Assembly: GCA_038087875.1 (NCBI GenBank)
Contig: CM076000.1
Span: 1,922,001 to 1,986,000, forward strand
Length of the DNA: 64,000 bases
Direction of reading: 5' to 3'
Source of the DNA: Malacoraja senta
Taxonomy: Eukaryota
Position numbers and translations under genes: made by a program. The notes under the pieces were generated by a model. The model saw nothing but the letters and a program-made list of their open reading frames with translations. It was not told where the DNA came from and did not search any database. Shown here one piece after another: positions 1-10,497 of this stretch. Position 1 is the stretch's first letter; each line of letters begins with the position of its first letter.

Positions 1-688
1 CTCTTCAACTATCATCCCCCCTTACCTGACCTCAATTTTTTTTTTTAAAGTACTTTTGCACCCTATGTTTGTAATAATTCTATAAATGCAGACCACGTCA
101 GGTGGAAATGATCTGGTTTACCTGAGTCTTATCTCTTCTAGGTGTAATGTTTCAAACATATTTGAAAATCCACATATTTATAGTTGGTATTGGAGCCTTC
201 TTCCAAAATTTTAGAATTAGCTTTTTTCCAGTTATTAACCCATAGTCCATTAGTTTCTTTTGAAACACATTTAGTTCTGGACCATCTTCCGTTATACCGA
301 AGATAATCCATTCTGCTTTGGGTATCAGTCTTGTTTTAAATAACTTTGTAAAGATTTCAAAAATTTCATTCCAAAATGTTTGAATTTTTGTACAAGAAAC
401 GAATGAGTGCGTTATGGTAGCTTCTTGGGATTGACATTTATCACAAATAGATGATACATTTGGGAAAATTTTATGAATTTTAGTTTTCGAATAATATAAT
501 CTATGTAAAATTTTAAATTGTATTAAAGTGTGTCTTACATTAATCGAGCATTTATGCACGTTTAATAAGTATTCATTCCAACTTTCCTTTGAAATTTTAA
601 TAGCTAACTCTTGTTCCCAGTCTCTTCTGATACCCTCCGTAGATGGTATTTGTGCATTTAAGATAATATTATACAAATATGATATTAA
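1..688 (-). mobile_element. L1/Tx1-clade LINE ORF2 3' fragment (copy 1, runs off the window)
   Basis: ORF 152..676 has QFKILHRLY...CDKC...HSFVSC...FW, the zf-RVT/CCHC C-terminus of L1 ORF2. Confidence 0.88.
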
Positions 689-757
689 CGAACACCCATT
701 ACACCAGCACTATCCTACACACTAGGGAAAATTTACTATTTTTACCAAAGCCAATTA

Positions 758-1676
758 CCGCATTTCCCGGCAATGAAGACGCTATTTTTAACCCCAAAAT
801 AAGGCACAAAAATTTACCTGCTGCTTGGAGGCCGAAGGTAAGGTTGTTAGCCAAGAAAGATAGACTTGGCTATCCCTCCGTACAGCAACATCAAGAACGA
901 TGTTGCTGTACTGAGGGATAGCCAAGTCTATCCCTCATTGCTGGTAGCTGATGGGATGCGGCTGTAAAGTGGGAAGCGGCTGTAAAAGGACAGCGCTGCT
1001 GGGGTGGGGGGGGGGGGGGTGGGGGAGAGTTCCTTTCACAGCATGTGGGGAGTCTGGCCCAGGTCAGCACAGCCTGGGTTGCACAACTTGGCTGGATGCC
1101 AGGGGGAAAGTTGCGGGGAGGGCAGGAGCGTTGAGAAGGAGGGGGTCGGGGATCATGCCAGCAACTCACTCACTCACCGCTGCCGCGGAGCCACCGCATT
1201 GTGGCCGGGGAAGGAAGTAGCTCGGGTGGCTGCGAGCGACCGCCGGGACCGGACCCGGTCGCGACCTCAGCGCCTTCTGCCGGCCCGCCCGCCAGCCAGT
1301 CACGGTGTTCTTCGGCACAGGCGCAACCGGTGGAGGTGCTGGTTGGCGGGTAGCTACTGGGCTGCTGGCTGCTCCGTCCCGGGCTCGCTCTCTCTCTCTC
1401 TATCTCTCTACTAGTCCCGGGGCATGCGACCTGGGCGCTACAGCCAGTCCCAGGGCAGGCGACCTGGGAACTGCAGCTAGTCCCGGGGCAGGCGACCTGG
1501 GAACTGCAGCTAGTCCTGGGGATGCGAGGGATCTGGGAACTGCAGCCAGTCCCAGGGCACGCAGGCGATGTTGTCGACCCCTGGACTAAACCAAACCCTT
1601 GATCCTGTCTCGCCATCCTTTTCTCGAAATTTAGCAACTTAAATTGGGGGTGCGTCTTCATTGCCGGGAAATACGG
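758..1676. mobile_element. Non-autonomous TA-flanked MITE, Tc1/mariner-pogo type (second copy 6557-7477)
   Basis: 25-bp TIRs CCGCATTTCCCGGCAATGAAGACGC / GCGTCTTCATTGCCGGGAAATACGG, with TA on both sides (756-757, 1677-1678). SINE sequence resumes across it. Confidence 0.88.
1410..1570 (+). repeat. 33-bp minisatellite, ~5 units, inside the MITE
   Basis: Unit CTAGTCCCGGGGCAGGCGACCTGGGAACTGCAG; produces 11-aa repeats in the spurious ORF 1170..1793. Confidence 0.9.
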
Positions 1677-1786
1677 TAACCTACAAACCTGTACGTCTTT
1701 GGCGTGTGGGAGGAAACTGGAGCATCCGGAGAAAACCCATGCAGTCACAAGGAGAACGTAAAACTCTGTACAGACAGCACCCATAG

Positions 1787-3127
1787 CAGGCACATGCCGT
1801 CAGGGTAGGCAAGGTAGGCACCGCCTACCCTGACTAAAATTATAAAATGTAATTGTTAAATATAAATAATAAAGGCATGGGAGAATTATGCCTATCTACG
1901 AGATCGATCTCTTAGGTAGGCATAATTCTCCGTGCCTTTCATCCGCAGCACTTGTAACCCTTGAAGGTCTGTGCAGCTCACGTGCCGTCGACGCTGCTTC
2001 AAGCCGTTAATGACAAGCGGGGCTGAAGGCAGCTGAAATTCTGCCTTTGCTGTACTGCGCAGGCGCAGCAGCCTACTGCGCATGCGCAGCGCTAGTTTCT
2101 TGGCGGGTTTTTCAAACATGGATTGTCATTATTTTAAGAGTATCTTGGGAAAGAGAGAAGAATGGAGTTCGTGTACCAATAACGTGGTAAATACATTTCT
2201 TGGTGCTATATGTTTTTAAATACCGTATTTCCTGGGGGGTGGGGGTGGGGGGAGAACTCCTTTCACAGCGTTTGGGGAGTCTGGCCCGGGGTAAGGTTGC
2301 AGGGAGGGCAGGAGCGTTGTGAAGGAGGGGATCGGGGATCAGGCCAGTAACCCATTTGAGACGCTCCGAGCACGGAGCCACCGCATTGTGGCCGGGGGGA
2401 GAAGTACCTGGGGTGGCTGCGAGCGGCCGCTGGGACCGGACAGCCCCTTCTGCCGGCCCGCTCACCTCTGGCAGTGCTATGTCTGAAAACCTCTCTCCTG
2501 CCGCTTGCCGGCCTCGCTCTTGTCAGCCGCTTCCCGCAAATCCTTAAATTCCGACAGCGCGTTCAAGGGACCAATTGAGGTTACTCAGCTGTGGGAATTT
2601 AAGGATTTGTGGGAAGCGGCTGACATGAGCGAAGCCTGCGAGCAGCAGGTGAGAGATGTTCAGACGGAGAGCACTGCCAGAGGTGAGCGGGCCGGCAGAA
2701 GGCACTGAAATGGCAGCCGCTCACAGCCACCCGAGCTGCTTCCTTCCCCAGATGTGGCGGCCAGTTCTGCTGTCCGTGCCCGGAGCGCTGCAGCAGCGGT
2801 GAGTGAGTTACTGACATAATCCCCGACCCCCTCCTTCTCAACACTCCTGCCCTCCCCGCAACGTTACCCCTGGCACAACCTCTCCACACGCTGTGAAAGG
2901 AACTCCCGTTTTTACCACCATCTCTCCACCTGCCTTCATCCTCCATCCCCCACCCATTCAGTAATTTAAAAAATGAAGGAGATTTGGAATCCTTTGGCAA
3001 ATTGAATTGTTACTTATTTTTATTTTTTATTTTTACGGAGAGAACAATCTGCGCATGCACAGTTTAAGATTTTTTTTTAAAGCCGACTGACTGCCTACCC
3101 TGAGTAATTACTCACAGCACGTGCCTG
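1787..3127. mobile_element. Non-autonomous hAT-type DNA element (second copy 7588-8924)
   Basis: TIRs CAGGCACATGCCGT / ACAGCACGTGCCTG (12/14 match); 8-bp TSD ACCCATAG (1779-1786) / ACCCGTAG (3128-3135). Confidence 0.85.
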
Positions 3128-3306
3128 ACCCGTAGTCAGGATCGAACCCAGGTCTCTGGCGCTGTAACCCAGCAGCACTAACGCTGCACCACTGTACTGC
3201 CACTGGTGTATTCAGTTGACTGTGTTCGGAATGTGGCATTACAGTAATGATCATTACCATAAGAGTTAAATCTATGACTTTCTTCACCTCAAAGATGGAA
3301 GGTATT

Positions 3307-5150
3307 CAATGATATAGTAATCAGATTTGGAATGACCGACATCGACTTGAATCATCAGCTATCGAGATATGTCTCATGGAAACCAGATCCAGGAGCAGTG
3401 GCGATTGATGCTTTCTCGCTACATTGGGGTGGTATGTTTTCATATATATTTCCACCTTTCTGCCTCATAAGCCAATGTTTGCTTAAAATCAGGCAAGATG
3501 CTGCTTCAAGGGTATTGGTCGTACCAGATTGGCCTACACAGCCATGGTATCCGTTGATATTAGAATTAACAACACAAATGTTGATGAAAGTCCCAAAAAA
3601 AGAGTAATTTATTGCTGCACCCTGTACAGGGGAACAACATCCATTATATGATCGTTTGGATTTGTTGATTTGCAGGTTTTAAGAATGCCTTTTCTGGGAC
3701 GAGGACTGTCTGAGCATACTGTGGACGTGCTTACGGCAGCCTGGAGGAAGAGCACTCAAAAACAGTACCTTTCTTATATTAAGAAATGGGAAGTTCTGTA
3801 TACAAAAGAATGTGCAATAAAGTACTGCAGATATTTCAAATGTTTAGAATTTCTGTCAAAACTTTATTATGATGAAGGTCTGAGTTGTAGTGCAATTAAT
3901 TCAGCCAGAAGTGCATTGTCCTCATATTTGGTTCTGGATTCAGAAAAAAACTGAATTGGGTCACACCCAATTGTTTCCAGACTAATGAAAGGAATCTTTA
4001 ATTCCAAACCACCGAAACCTAGGTACGTGTCAATCTGGGATGTAAGTGTGGTACTGAAACTACTTCATGAATGGTCATCAAGTGTGTCTTTACCTTTGGT
4101 CAAGCTCAGTTTGAAAGTATTCATGCTTATGGCATGAGTGACAGCACAACGAGTGCAAACACTTGGAAAATTACAAATAGACAGTATGGAAGTAACTGAA
4201 GACAAGGTTACATTCTATATCTATGACCTACTAAAGTAAATTAGGCCAGGTGTGACAGGATTTAAAATTATGCTAGCAGCATATCCAAATGATCCATGTC
4301 TCTGTATTAAGACATATTTATTACAATACATTGAGGTCACAAAGAATTTGAGAATACGGGAACTGGGTTGTTGATCACACACAAGAAACACACAAGAGAG
4401 TTTCAATACAGACTATTTCCAGATGGATAAAAGAAGTCTTAACAGCTGCTGGTATTAACACTTATGTTTTTACGTCTCACTCGACTAGGGCAGCAGAAAC
4501 GGCCAGGGCAAAAGACGTCCCCGTCGACCATATCCTCGCAGCCAATGAGGTCCAATGAGTTGATGTTTCAACATTTTTACCATCGGCCTATTGTTAATGC
4601 GGGGTTGTTTTCAGAAACTATTTTAAGTTCTGTGTAAATTCCTCTAATTTAAAGGGGATCTGATTAATTTCATTATTGAAATGAATTACTGCATTTGTGG
4701 TACAAATGTTATTATGAATGCATGATTGATTATTCTCGTTCCGAGTCAATCTATGCAGTGAGAAGCCGGGATTGATCCACGGCATGAAATCACAAAGCTT
4801 TAAAATCTTCACGTAGTCACTCACGTGACTCAGAAGTAAAATAGTAAGATTAAATGAGAACTTACCTAAGTTTGAAGTTTGATCTTAATTTTATGAGGAG
4901 TTACGTAGGTGATTACGTGCCCACCACGACCCTACCCTCTATCATAAAAGTCAGATGGAAGTTCTTGTATTACTCGTTTTATTATGAGACTATATTACTT
5001 CGGTTGTTGTTTTTTGTGATTTCACACCGCTGCTTTGAAGATTGACGCGCAGGCGCACTGGCGGGGTTCTTCACGTAATCACCTACGTAACTCCTCATAA
5101 AATAAAGATCAAACTTCAAACTTAGGTAAGTTCTTGTTTAATCTTACTAT
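3307..5150 (+). mobile_element. Degenerate DIRS-type tyrosine-recombinase retrotransposon, 3' part (methyltransferase-like domain, YR, terminal inverted repeats)
   Basis: ORF 3332..3607 has DAFSLHW..YIFPPF..VPDWPTQPWYP (DIRS MT domain). ORF 3670..3954 has WRKSTQKQY..AINSARSALS (integrase N-terminus). TAQRVQT at ~4141 and HSTR at 4478-4489. Inverted repeat 4841-4919 / 5072-5150. Multiple stops and frameshifts. Confidence 0.9.
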
Positions 5151-5400
5151 TATACTGGTTAGAGTTATCATTTGTCATAATAGTGGACTGCATACCACTT
5201 GCAGCAAATCCAAGAGATTGAAATTGAAATTGAAATTGAATGCAAATCCGCAACACAGCAGCCAAACAACTGAGGACAGCAAGCAGCTGAATTTGTAAGC
5301 AATAAATCTTATTGTTGGTCAGCACCCAAAAAAATTACCACGATAGGTTCAATGGTGGGCACCCACAAATAAACTAGCATCCAAGCCGTGGACAAACTAT

Positions 5401-8400
5401 GATTTAGACACAAATACAGCATGGAAATAGGCCCTTTGGTCCATCGAGTCCGTGCCGACCAGCGAACACCCATTACTTTTTTTTTTTTTAAATTTGTATT
5501 TTATTAGAAGTACATTACATTACAACCACATACATTAGTACTTGTCATTTATATCTTCTTACAATTAATGTACTCCATTTATTTTTTACACTAGAAAAGG
5601 AAAAGATTGAAAGAAAGAAGAAAGTGAAGGAAAAAGTGGAAGTGTAGGAAATGTGACAACAAAAAAGGACGAAGACCCTATAAGAGCAAAATTAAAAACA
5701 AAAGAAAAAGAGTTAAGAAATAGACCCTAGGAAAGAAAGAAAGAGGAAAAAGAGAGAAACAAATATTTTTATGAGCATTACGCAAATTGGACATACCAAC
5801 TCTTCAACTATCATCCCCCCTTACCTGACCTCAATTTTTTTTTTTAAAGTACTTTTGCACCCTATGTTTGTAATAATTCTATAAATGCAGACCACGTCAG
5901 GTGGAAATGATCTGGTTTACCTGAGTCTTATCTCTTCTAGGTGTAATGTTTCAAACATATTTGAAAATCCACATATTTATAGTTGGTATTGGAGCCTTCT
6001 TCCAAAATTTTAGAATTAGCTTTTTTCCAGTTATTAACCCATAGTCCATTAGTTTCTTTTGAAACACATTTAGTTCTGGACCATCTTCCGTTATACCGAA
6101 GATAATCCATTCTGCTTTGGGTATCAGTCTTGTTTTAAATAACTTTGTAAAGATTTCAAAAATTTCATTCCAAAATGTTTGAATTTTTGTACAAGAAACG
6201 AATGAGTGCGTTATGGTAGCTTCTTGGGATTGACATTTATCACAAATAGATGATACATTTGGGAAAATTTTATGAATTTTAGTTTTCGAATAATATAATC
6301 TATGTAAAATTTTAAATTGTATTAAAGTGTGTCTTACATTAATCGAGCATTTATGCACGTTTAATAAGTATTCATTCCAACTTTCCTTTGAAATTTTAAT
6401 AGCTAACTCTTGTTCCCAGTCTCTTCTGATACCCTCCGTAGATGGTATTTGTGCATTTAAGATAATATTATACAAATATGATATTAACGAACACCCATTA
6501 CACCAGCACTATCCTACACACTAGGGAAAATTTACTATTTTTACCAAAGCCAATTACCGCATTTCCCGGCAATGAAGACGCTATTTTTAACCCCAAAATA
6601 AGGCACAAAAATTTACCTGCTGCTTGGAGGCCGAAGGTAAGGTTGTTAGCCAAGAAAGATAGACTTGGCTATCCCTCCGTACAGCAACATCAAGAACGAT
6701 GTTGCTGTACTGAGGGATAGCCAAGTCTATCCCTCATTGCTGGTAGCTGATGGGATGCGGCTGTAAAGTGGGAAGCGGCTGTAAAAGGACAGCGCTGCTG
6801 GGGTGGGGGGGGGGGGGGGGTGGGGGAGAGTTCCTTTCACAGCATGTGGGGAGTCTGGCCCAGGTCAGCACAGCCTGGGTTGCACAACTTGGCTGGATGC
6901 CAGGGGGAAAGTTGCGGGGAGGGCAGGAGCGTTGAGAAGGAGGGGGTCGGGGATCATGCCAGCAACTCACTCACTCACCGCTGCCGCGGAGCCACCGCAT
7001 TGTGGCCGGGGAAGGAAGTAGCTCGGGTGGCTGCGAGCGACCGCCGGGACCGGACCCGGTCGCGACCTCAGCGCCTTCTGCCGGCCCGCCCGCCAGCCAG
7101 TCACGGTGTTCTTCGGCACAGGCGCAACCGGTGGAGGTGCTGGTTGGCGGGTAGCTACTGGGCTGCTGGCTGCTCCGTCCCGGGCTCGCTCTCTCTCTCT
7201 CTATCTCTCTACTAGTCCCGGGGCATGCGACCTGGGCGCTACAGCCAGTCCCAGGGCAGGCGACCTGGGAACTGCAGCTAGTCCCGGGGCAGGCGACCTG
7301 GGAACTGCAGCTAGTCCTGGGGATGCGAGGGATCTGGGAACTGCAGCCAGTCCCAGGGCACGCAGGCGATGTTGTCGACCCCTGGACTAAACCAAACCCT
7401 TGATCCTGTCTCGCCATCCTTTTCTCGAAATTTAGCAACTTAAATTGGGGGTGCGTCTTCATTGCCGGGAAATACGGTAACCTACAAACCTGTACGTCTT
7501 TGGCGTGTGGGAGGAAACTGGAGCATCCGGAGAAAACCCATGCAGTCACAAGGAGAACGTAAAACTCTGTACAGACAGCACCCATAGCAGGCACATGCCG
7601 TCAGGGTAGGCAAGGTAGGCACCGCCTACCCTGACTAAAATTATAAAATGTAATTGTTAAATATAAATAATAAAGGCATGGGAGAATTATGCCTATCTAC
7701 GAGATCGATCTCTTAGGTAGGCATAATTCTCCGTGCCTTTCATCCGCAGCACTTGTAACCCTTGAAGGTCTGTGCAGCTCACGTGCCGTCGACGCTGCTT
7801 CAAGCCGTTAATGACAAGCGGGGCTGAAGGCAGCTGAAATTCTGCCTTTGCTGTACTGCGCAGGCGCAGCAGCCTACTGCGCATGCGCAGCGCTAGTTTC
7901 TTGGCGGGTTTTTCAAACATGGATTGTCATTATTTTAAGAGTATCTTGGGAGAGAAGAATGGAGTTCGTGTACCAATAACGTGGTAAATACATTTCTTGG
8001 TGCTATATGTTTTTAAATACCGTATTTCCTGGGGGGTGGGGGTGGGGGGAGAACTCCTTTCACAGCGTTTGGGGAGTCTGGCCCGGGGTAAGGTTGCAGG
8101 GAGGGCAGGAGCGTTGTGAAGGAGGGGATCGGGGATCAGGCCAGTAACCCATTTGAGACGCTCCGAGCACGGAGCCACCGCATTGTGGCCGGGGGGAGAA
8201 GTACCTGGGGTGGCTGCGAGCGGCCGCTGGGACCGGACAGCCCCTTCTGCCGGCCCGCTCACCTCTGGCAGTGCTATGTCTGAAAACCTCTCTCCTGCCG
8301 CTTGCCGGCCTCGCTCTTGTCAGCCGCTTCCCGCAAATCCTTAAATTCCGACAGCGCGTTCAAGGGACCAATTGAGGTTACTCAGCTGTGGGAATTTAAG

Positions 8401-8998
8401 GATTTGTGGGAAGCGGCTGACATGAGCGAAGCCTGCGAGCAGCAGGTGAGAGATGTTCAGACGGAGAGCACTGCCAGAGGTGAGCGGGCCGGCAGAAGGC
8501 ACTGAAATGGCAGCCGCTCACAGCCACCCGAGCTGCTTCCTTCCCCAGATGTGGCGGCCAGTTCTGCTGTCCGTGCCCGGAGCGCTGCAGCAGCGGTGAG
8601 TGAGTTACTGACATAATCCCCGACCCCCTCCTTCTCAACACTCCTGCCCTCCCCGCAACGTTACCCCTGGCACAACCTCTCCACACGCTGTGAAAGGAAC
8701 TCCCGTTTTTACCACCATCTCTCCACCTGCCTTCATCCTCCATCCCCCACCCATTCAGTAATTTAAAAAATGAAGGAGATTTGGAATCCTTTGGCAAATT
8801 GAATTGTTACTTATTTTTATTTTTTATTTTTACGGAGAGAACAATCTGCGCATGCACAGTTTAAGATTTTTTTTTAAAGCCGACTGACTGCCTACCCTGA
8901 GTAATTACTCACAGCACGTGCCTGACCCGTAGTCAGGATCGAACCCAGGTCTCTGGCGCTGTAACCCAGCAGCACTAACGCTGCACCACTGTACTGCC
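5401..8998 (-). mobile_element. tRNA-derived SINE split into four pieces (5401-5476, 6502-6556, 7478-7587, 8925-8998)
   Basis: Pieces rejoin to match intact SINE copies at 26040-26325 and 58105-58412. The head carries a pol III B-box-like GGTTCGATCC. Confidence 0.85.
5477..6487 (-). mobile_element. 5'-truncated L1-clade LINE (ORF2 C-terminus, 3' UTR, poly-A) with 14-bp TSD
   Basis: ORF 5951..6475 has the zf-RVT motif. Minus-strand AATAAA and poly-A (T-run from 5477). TSD CGAACACCCATTAC at 5463-5476 and 6488-6501. Confidence 0.92.
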
Positions 8999-9103
8999 AC
9001 TGGTGTATTCAGTTGACTGTGTTCGGAATGTGGCATTACAGTAATGATCATTACCATAAGAGTTAAATCTATGACTTTCTTCACCTCAAAGATGGAAGGT
9101 ATT
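5800..9103. repeat. Copy 2 of the tandem duplication
   Basis: Same alignment as 1-3306, offset 5797-5801. Confidence 0.97.
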
Positions 9104-9149
9104 TGACACAAACGGTTTGCATTTTGATAGGGTTAGATAATAAATGATT

Positions 9150-9720
9150 AATTCCGCTGCAGCTTTCCAGGGTCCTCTTGCACTGTAAGGGCTCTGTCTT
9201 ACCTGTTTGCGGTCATCGGCGGTGAAGCGCGGCGTCGCCGGTAGCGGGGACCGCGCGGCAACGGCGAGAGCGGCGAGCCTATCCACCGGAGCGCCGCACG
9301 GATGCTGCGCGGGGGCCGAGTAATTCAAACACGGCGGGTCCCACGTGCTTGCGGTAAGTAAAAAAAAGGGCGGGCCGACTGCGATGACGTCGGCCCGCCG
9401 CACGTGACTCACTAGCGGCGGCTGTGGCGGCGGCCATCCTGATCGCGGCGCTGTAGCGGTGGCTGTGCCTGCGGCCGTGCAGCACACGTGCCTCACTGGC
9501 GGAGGCACGTGCCTCACTGGCGGAGGCTGTGGCAGTGGAGGTTTGACGCACGGCGCTCGAGCCACACTGGCGGCGGCCCGTGCGGGCGGCCGTGCCGCAC
9601 TCGTGCATCACTGGTGGAGGTTGTGCGGTGAGTATATAGTTTTCAACATTGTCGATTTTATTTTAGCACCGTGCGGTGTTGGGAATTGTACGTTCTCACG
9701 AGTGCGCGGTCTATGGCGGC
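9150..9720. promoter_or_regulatory. CpG-island promoter, probably bidirectional
   Basis: Dense CpG. CACGTG at 9342, 9401, 9485 and 9506; TGACGTC at 9385; GC boxes; YY1-like GCGGCCATC. Minus-strand donor CAG|GTAAGA at 9203/9202; plus-strand GTAAGT at 9354 and GTGAGT at 9628. Confidence 0.75.
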
Positions 9721-9994
9721 AGATTCTTCCCGTTTCGCCACCAATGACCGCAGACTCGTGAGACAGGCCTTTTAGGCAGCAACTCTACGCAGTGCCACCA
9801 TGCTGCCCTTTTCATTGCAGGAAGAAACATTTGGACAAAACTTTGTCGGTAAGACCAAAGACAGCCGGCAAAATTCAACCACTGGTCAGCAATTTCTACT
9901 TTCTGCAAGAAATAAACGTTTTCAGTTCTAAAGTATTGTACCATATTCAGTTGGCAACCACCCTCGACTCCTTCCACCAATTTTCCACCCAATT

Positions 9995-10150
9995 GACTAG
10001 CTCACTCTGGAGAGTCAGTGAATGTTGTTTACTTGGATTTTCAGAAGGCCTTTGATAAAGTGCTACATGCATGGCTGCAAAACAAGATAAGAGCCCATGG
10101 TATCAGAACAAGGAACTAGCATGATTTGTGGGGTTCCATAGGGGCCGCTG
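9995..10150 (+). mobile_element. Old CR1 LINE RT fragment
   Basis: Encodes VYLDFQKAFDKV, matching the CR1 ORF at 45671..46036. Confidence 0.75.
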
Positions 10151-10212
10151 TTGAATCTCAGCACAAACATCTCAAATGTTATTTAATAGGAATTTACAAT
10201 AAACAATTAACG

Positions 10213-10497
10213 GGTGTGGCACAGTGGTAGAGTTGCTGCCTTACAGCACCAGAGACCCGGTTTCAATCCTAACCTTGGATGCTGTCTGTTTGGAGTTTGT
10301 ACGTTCTCCCTGTGACCTCAAGGGTTTTCCCCAGGTGCTCCCGTTTCATCTCAAACTCCAAAGACAGGTTTGTTGGTGAACTGGCTTCAGTAAAATTGCC
10401 AATTGTCCCTCAGTAGGATGGCGTTAATGTACGGGGTGATTGATGGTTGGCGCAGACTTGATGGGCCAAAGGGCCTGTTTCCACACTGTCTCTCTAA
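10213..10497 (+). mobile_element. tRNA-derived SINE
   Basis: TGGCACAGTGGTAGAGTTGCTGCCTTACAG head, conserved core and CR1-like tail; same family as the other copies in the window. Confidence 0.85.

Larger units (their letters stand above)
1..3306. repeat. Copy 1 of a near-identical tandem segmental duplication (partner 5800-9103)
   Basis: Sequence from position 1 recurs at 5800 and stays collinear to AAAGATGGAAGGTATT (ends 3306/9103). The differences I saw are a G-run length and a 4-bp AAAG indel. The ORF track is duplicated accordingly. Confidence 0.97.

Noticed and set aside
1410..1570. CRISPR-like periodicity
   Set aside because: Contiguous tandem units without unique spacers, eukaryotic context, no cas genes.
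1170..1793. 207-aa ORF with 11-aa repeats (and its duplicate)
   Set aside because: Spans SINE and MITE sequence; the repeats come from a 33-bp minisatellite.
3491..3503. AGGCAAGATGCTG, the start of miR-31
   Set aside because: Lies within DIRS coding sequence; no hairpin.
3670..4600. Phage integrase or bacterial contamination
   Set aside because: Domain order (MT then YR) and the terminal inverted repeats fit a eukaryotic DIRS element embedded in vertebrate repeats.
9086..9761. Overlapping ORFs in the CpG island as coding exons
   Set aside because: Ala/Arg/Pro/Gly-rich frames expected from GC content; no known protein recognised.
10213..10290. tRNA genes at SINE heads
   Set aside because: Only degenerate A/B boxes, continuous with the SINE body; no intact cloverleaf.
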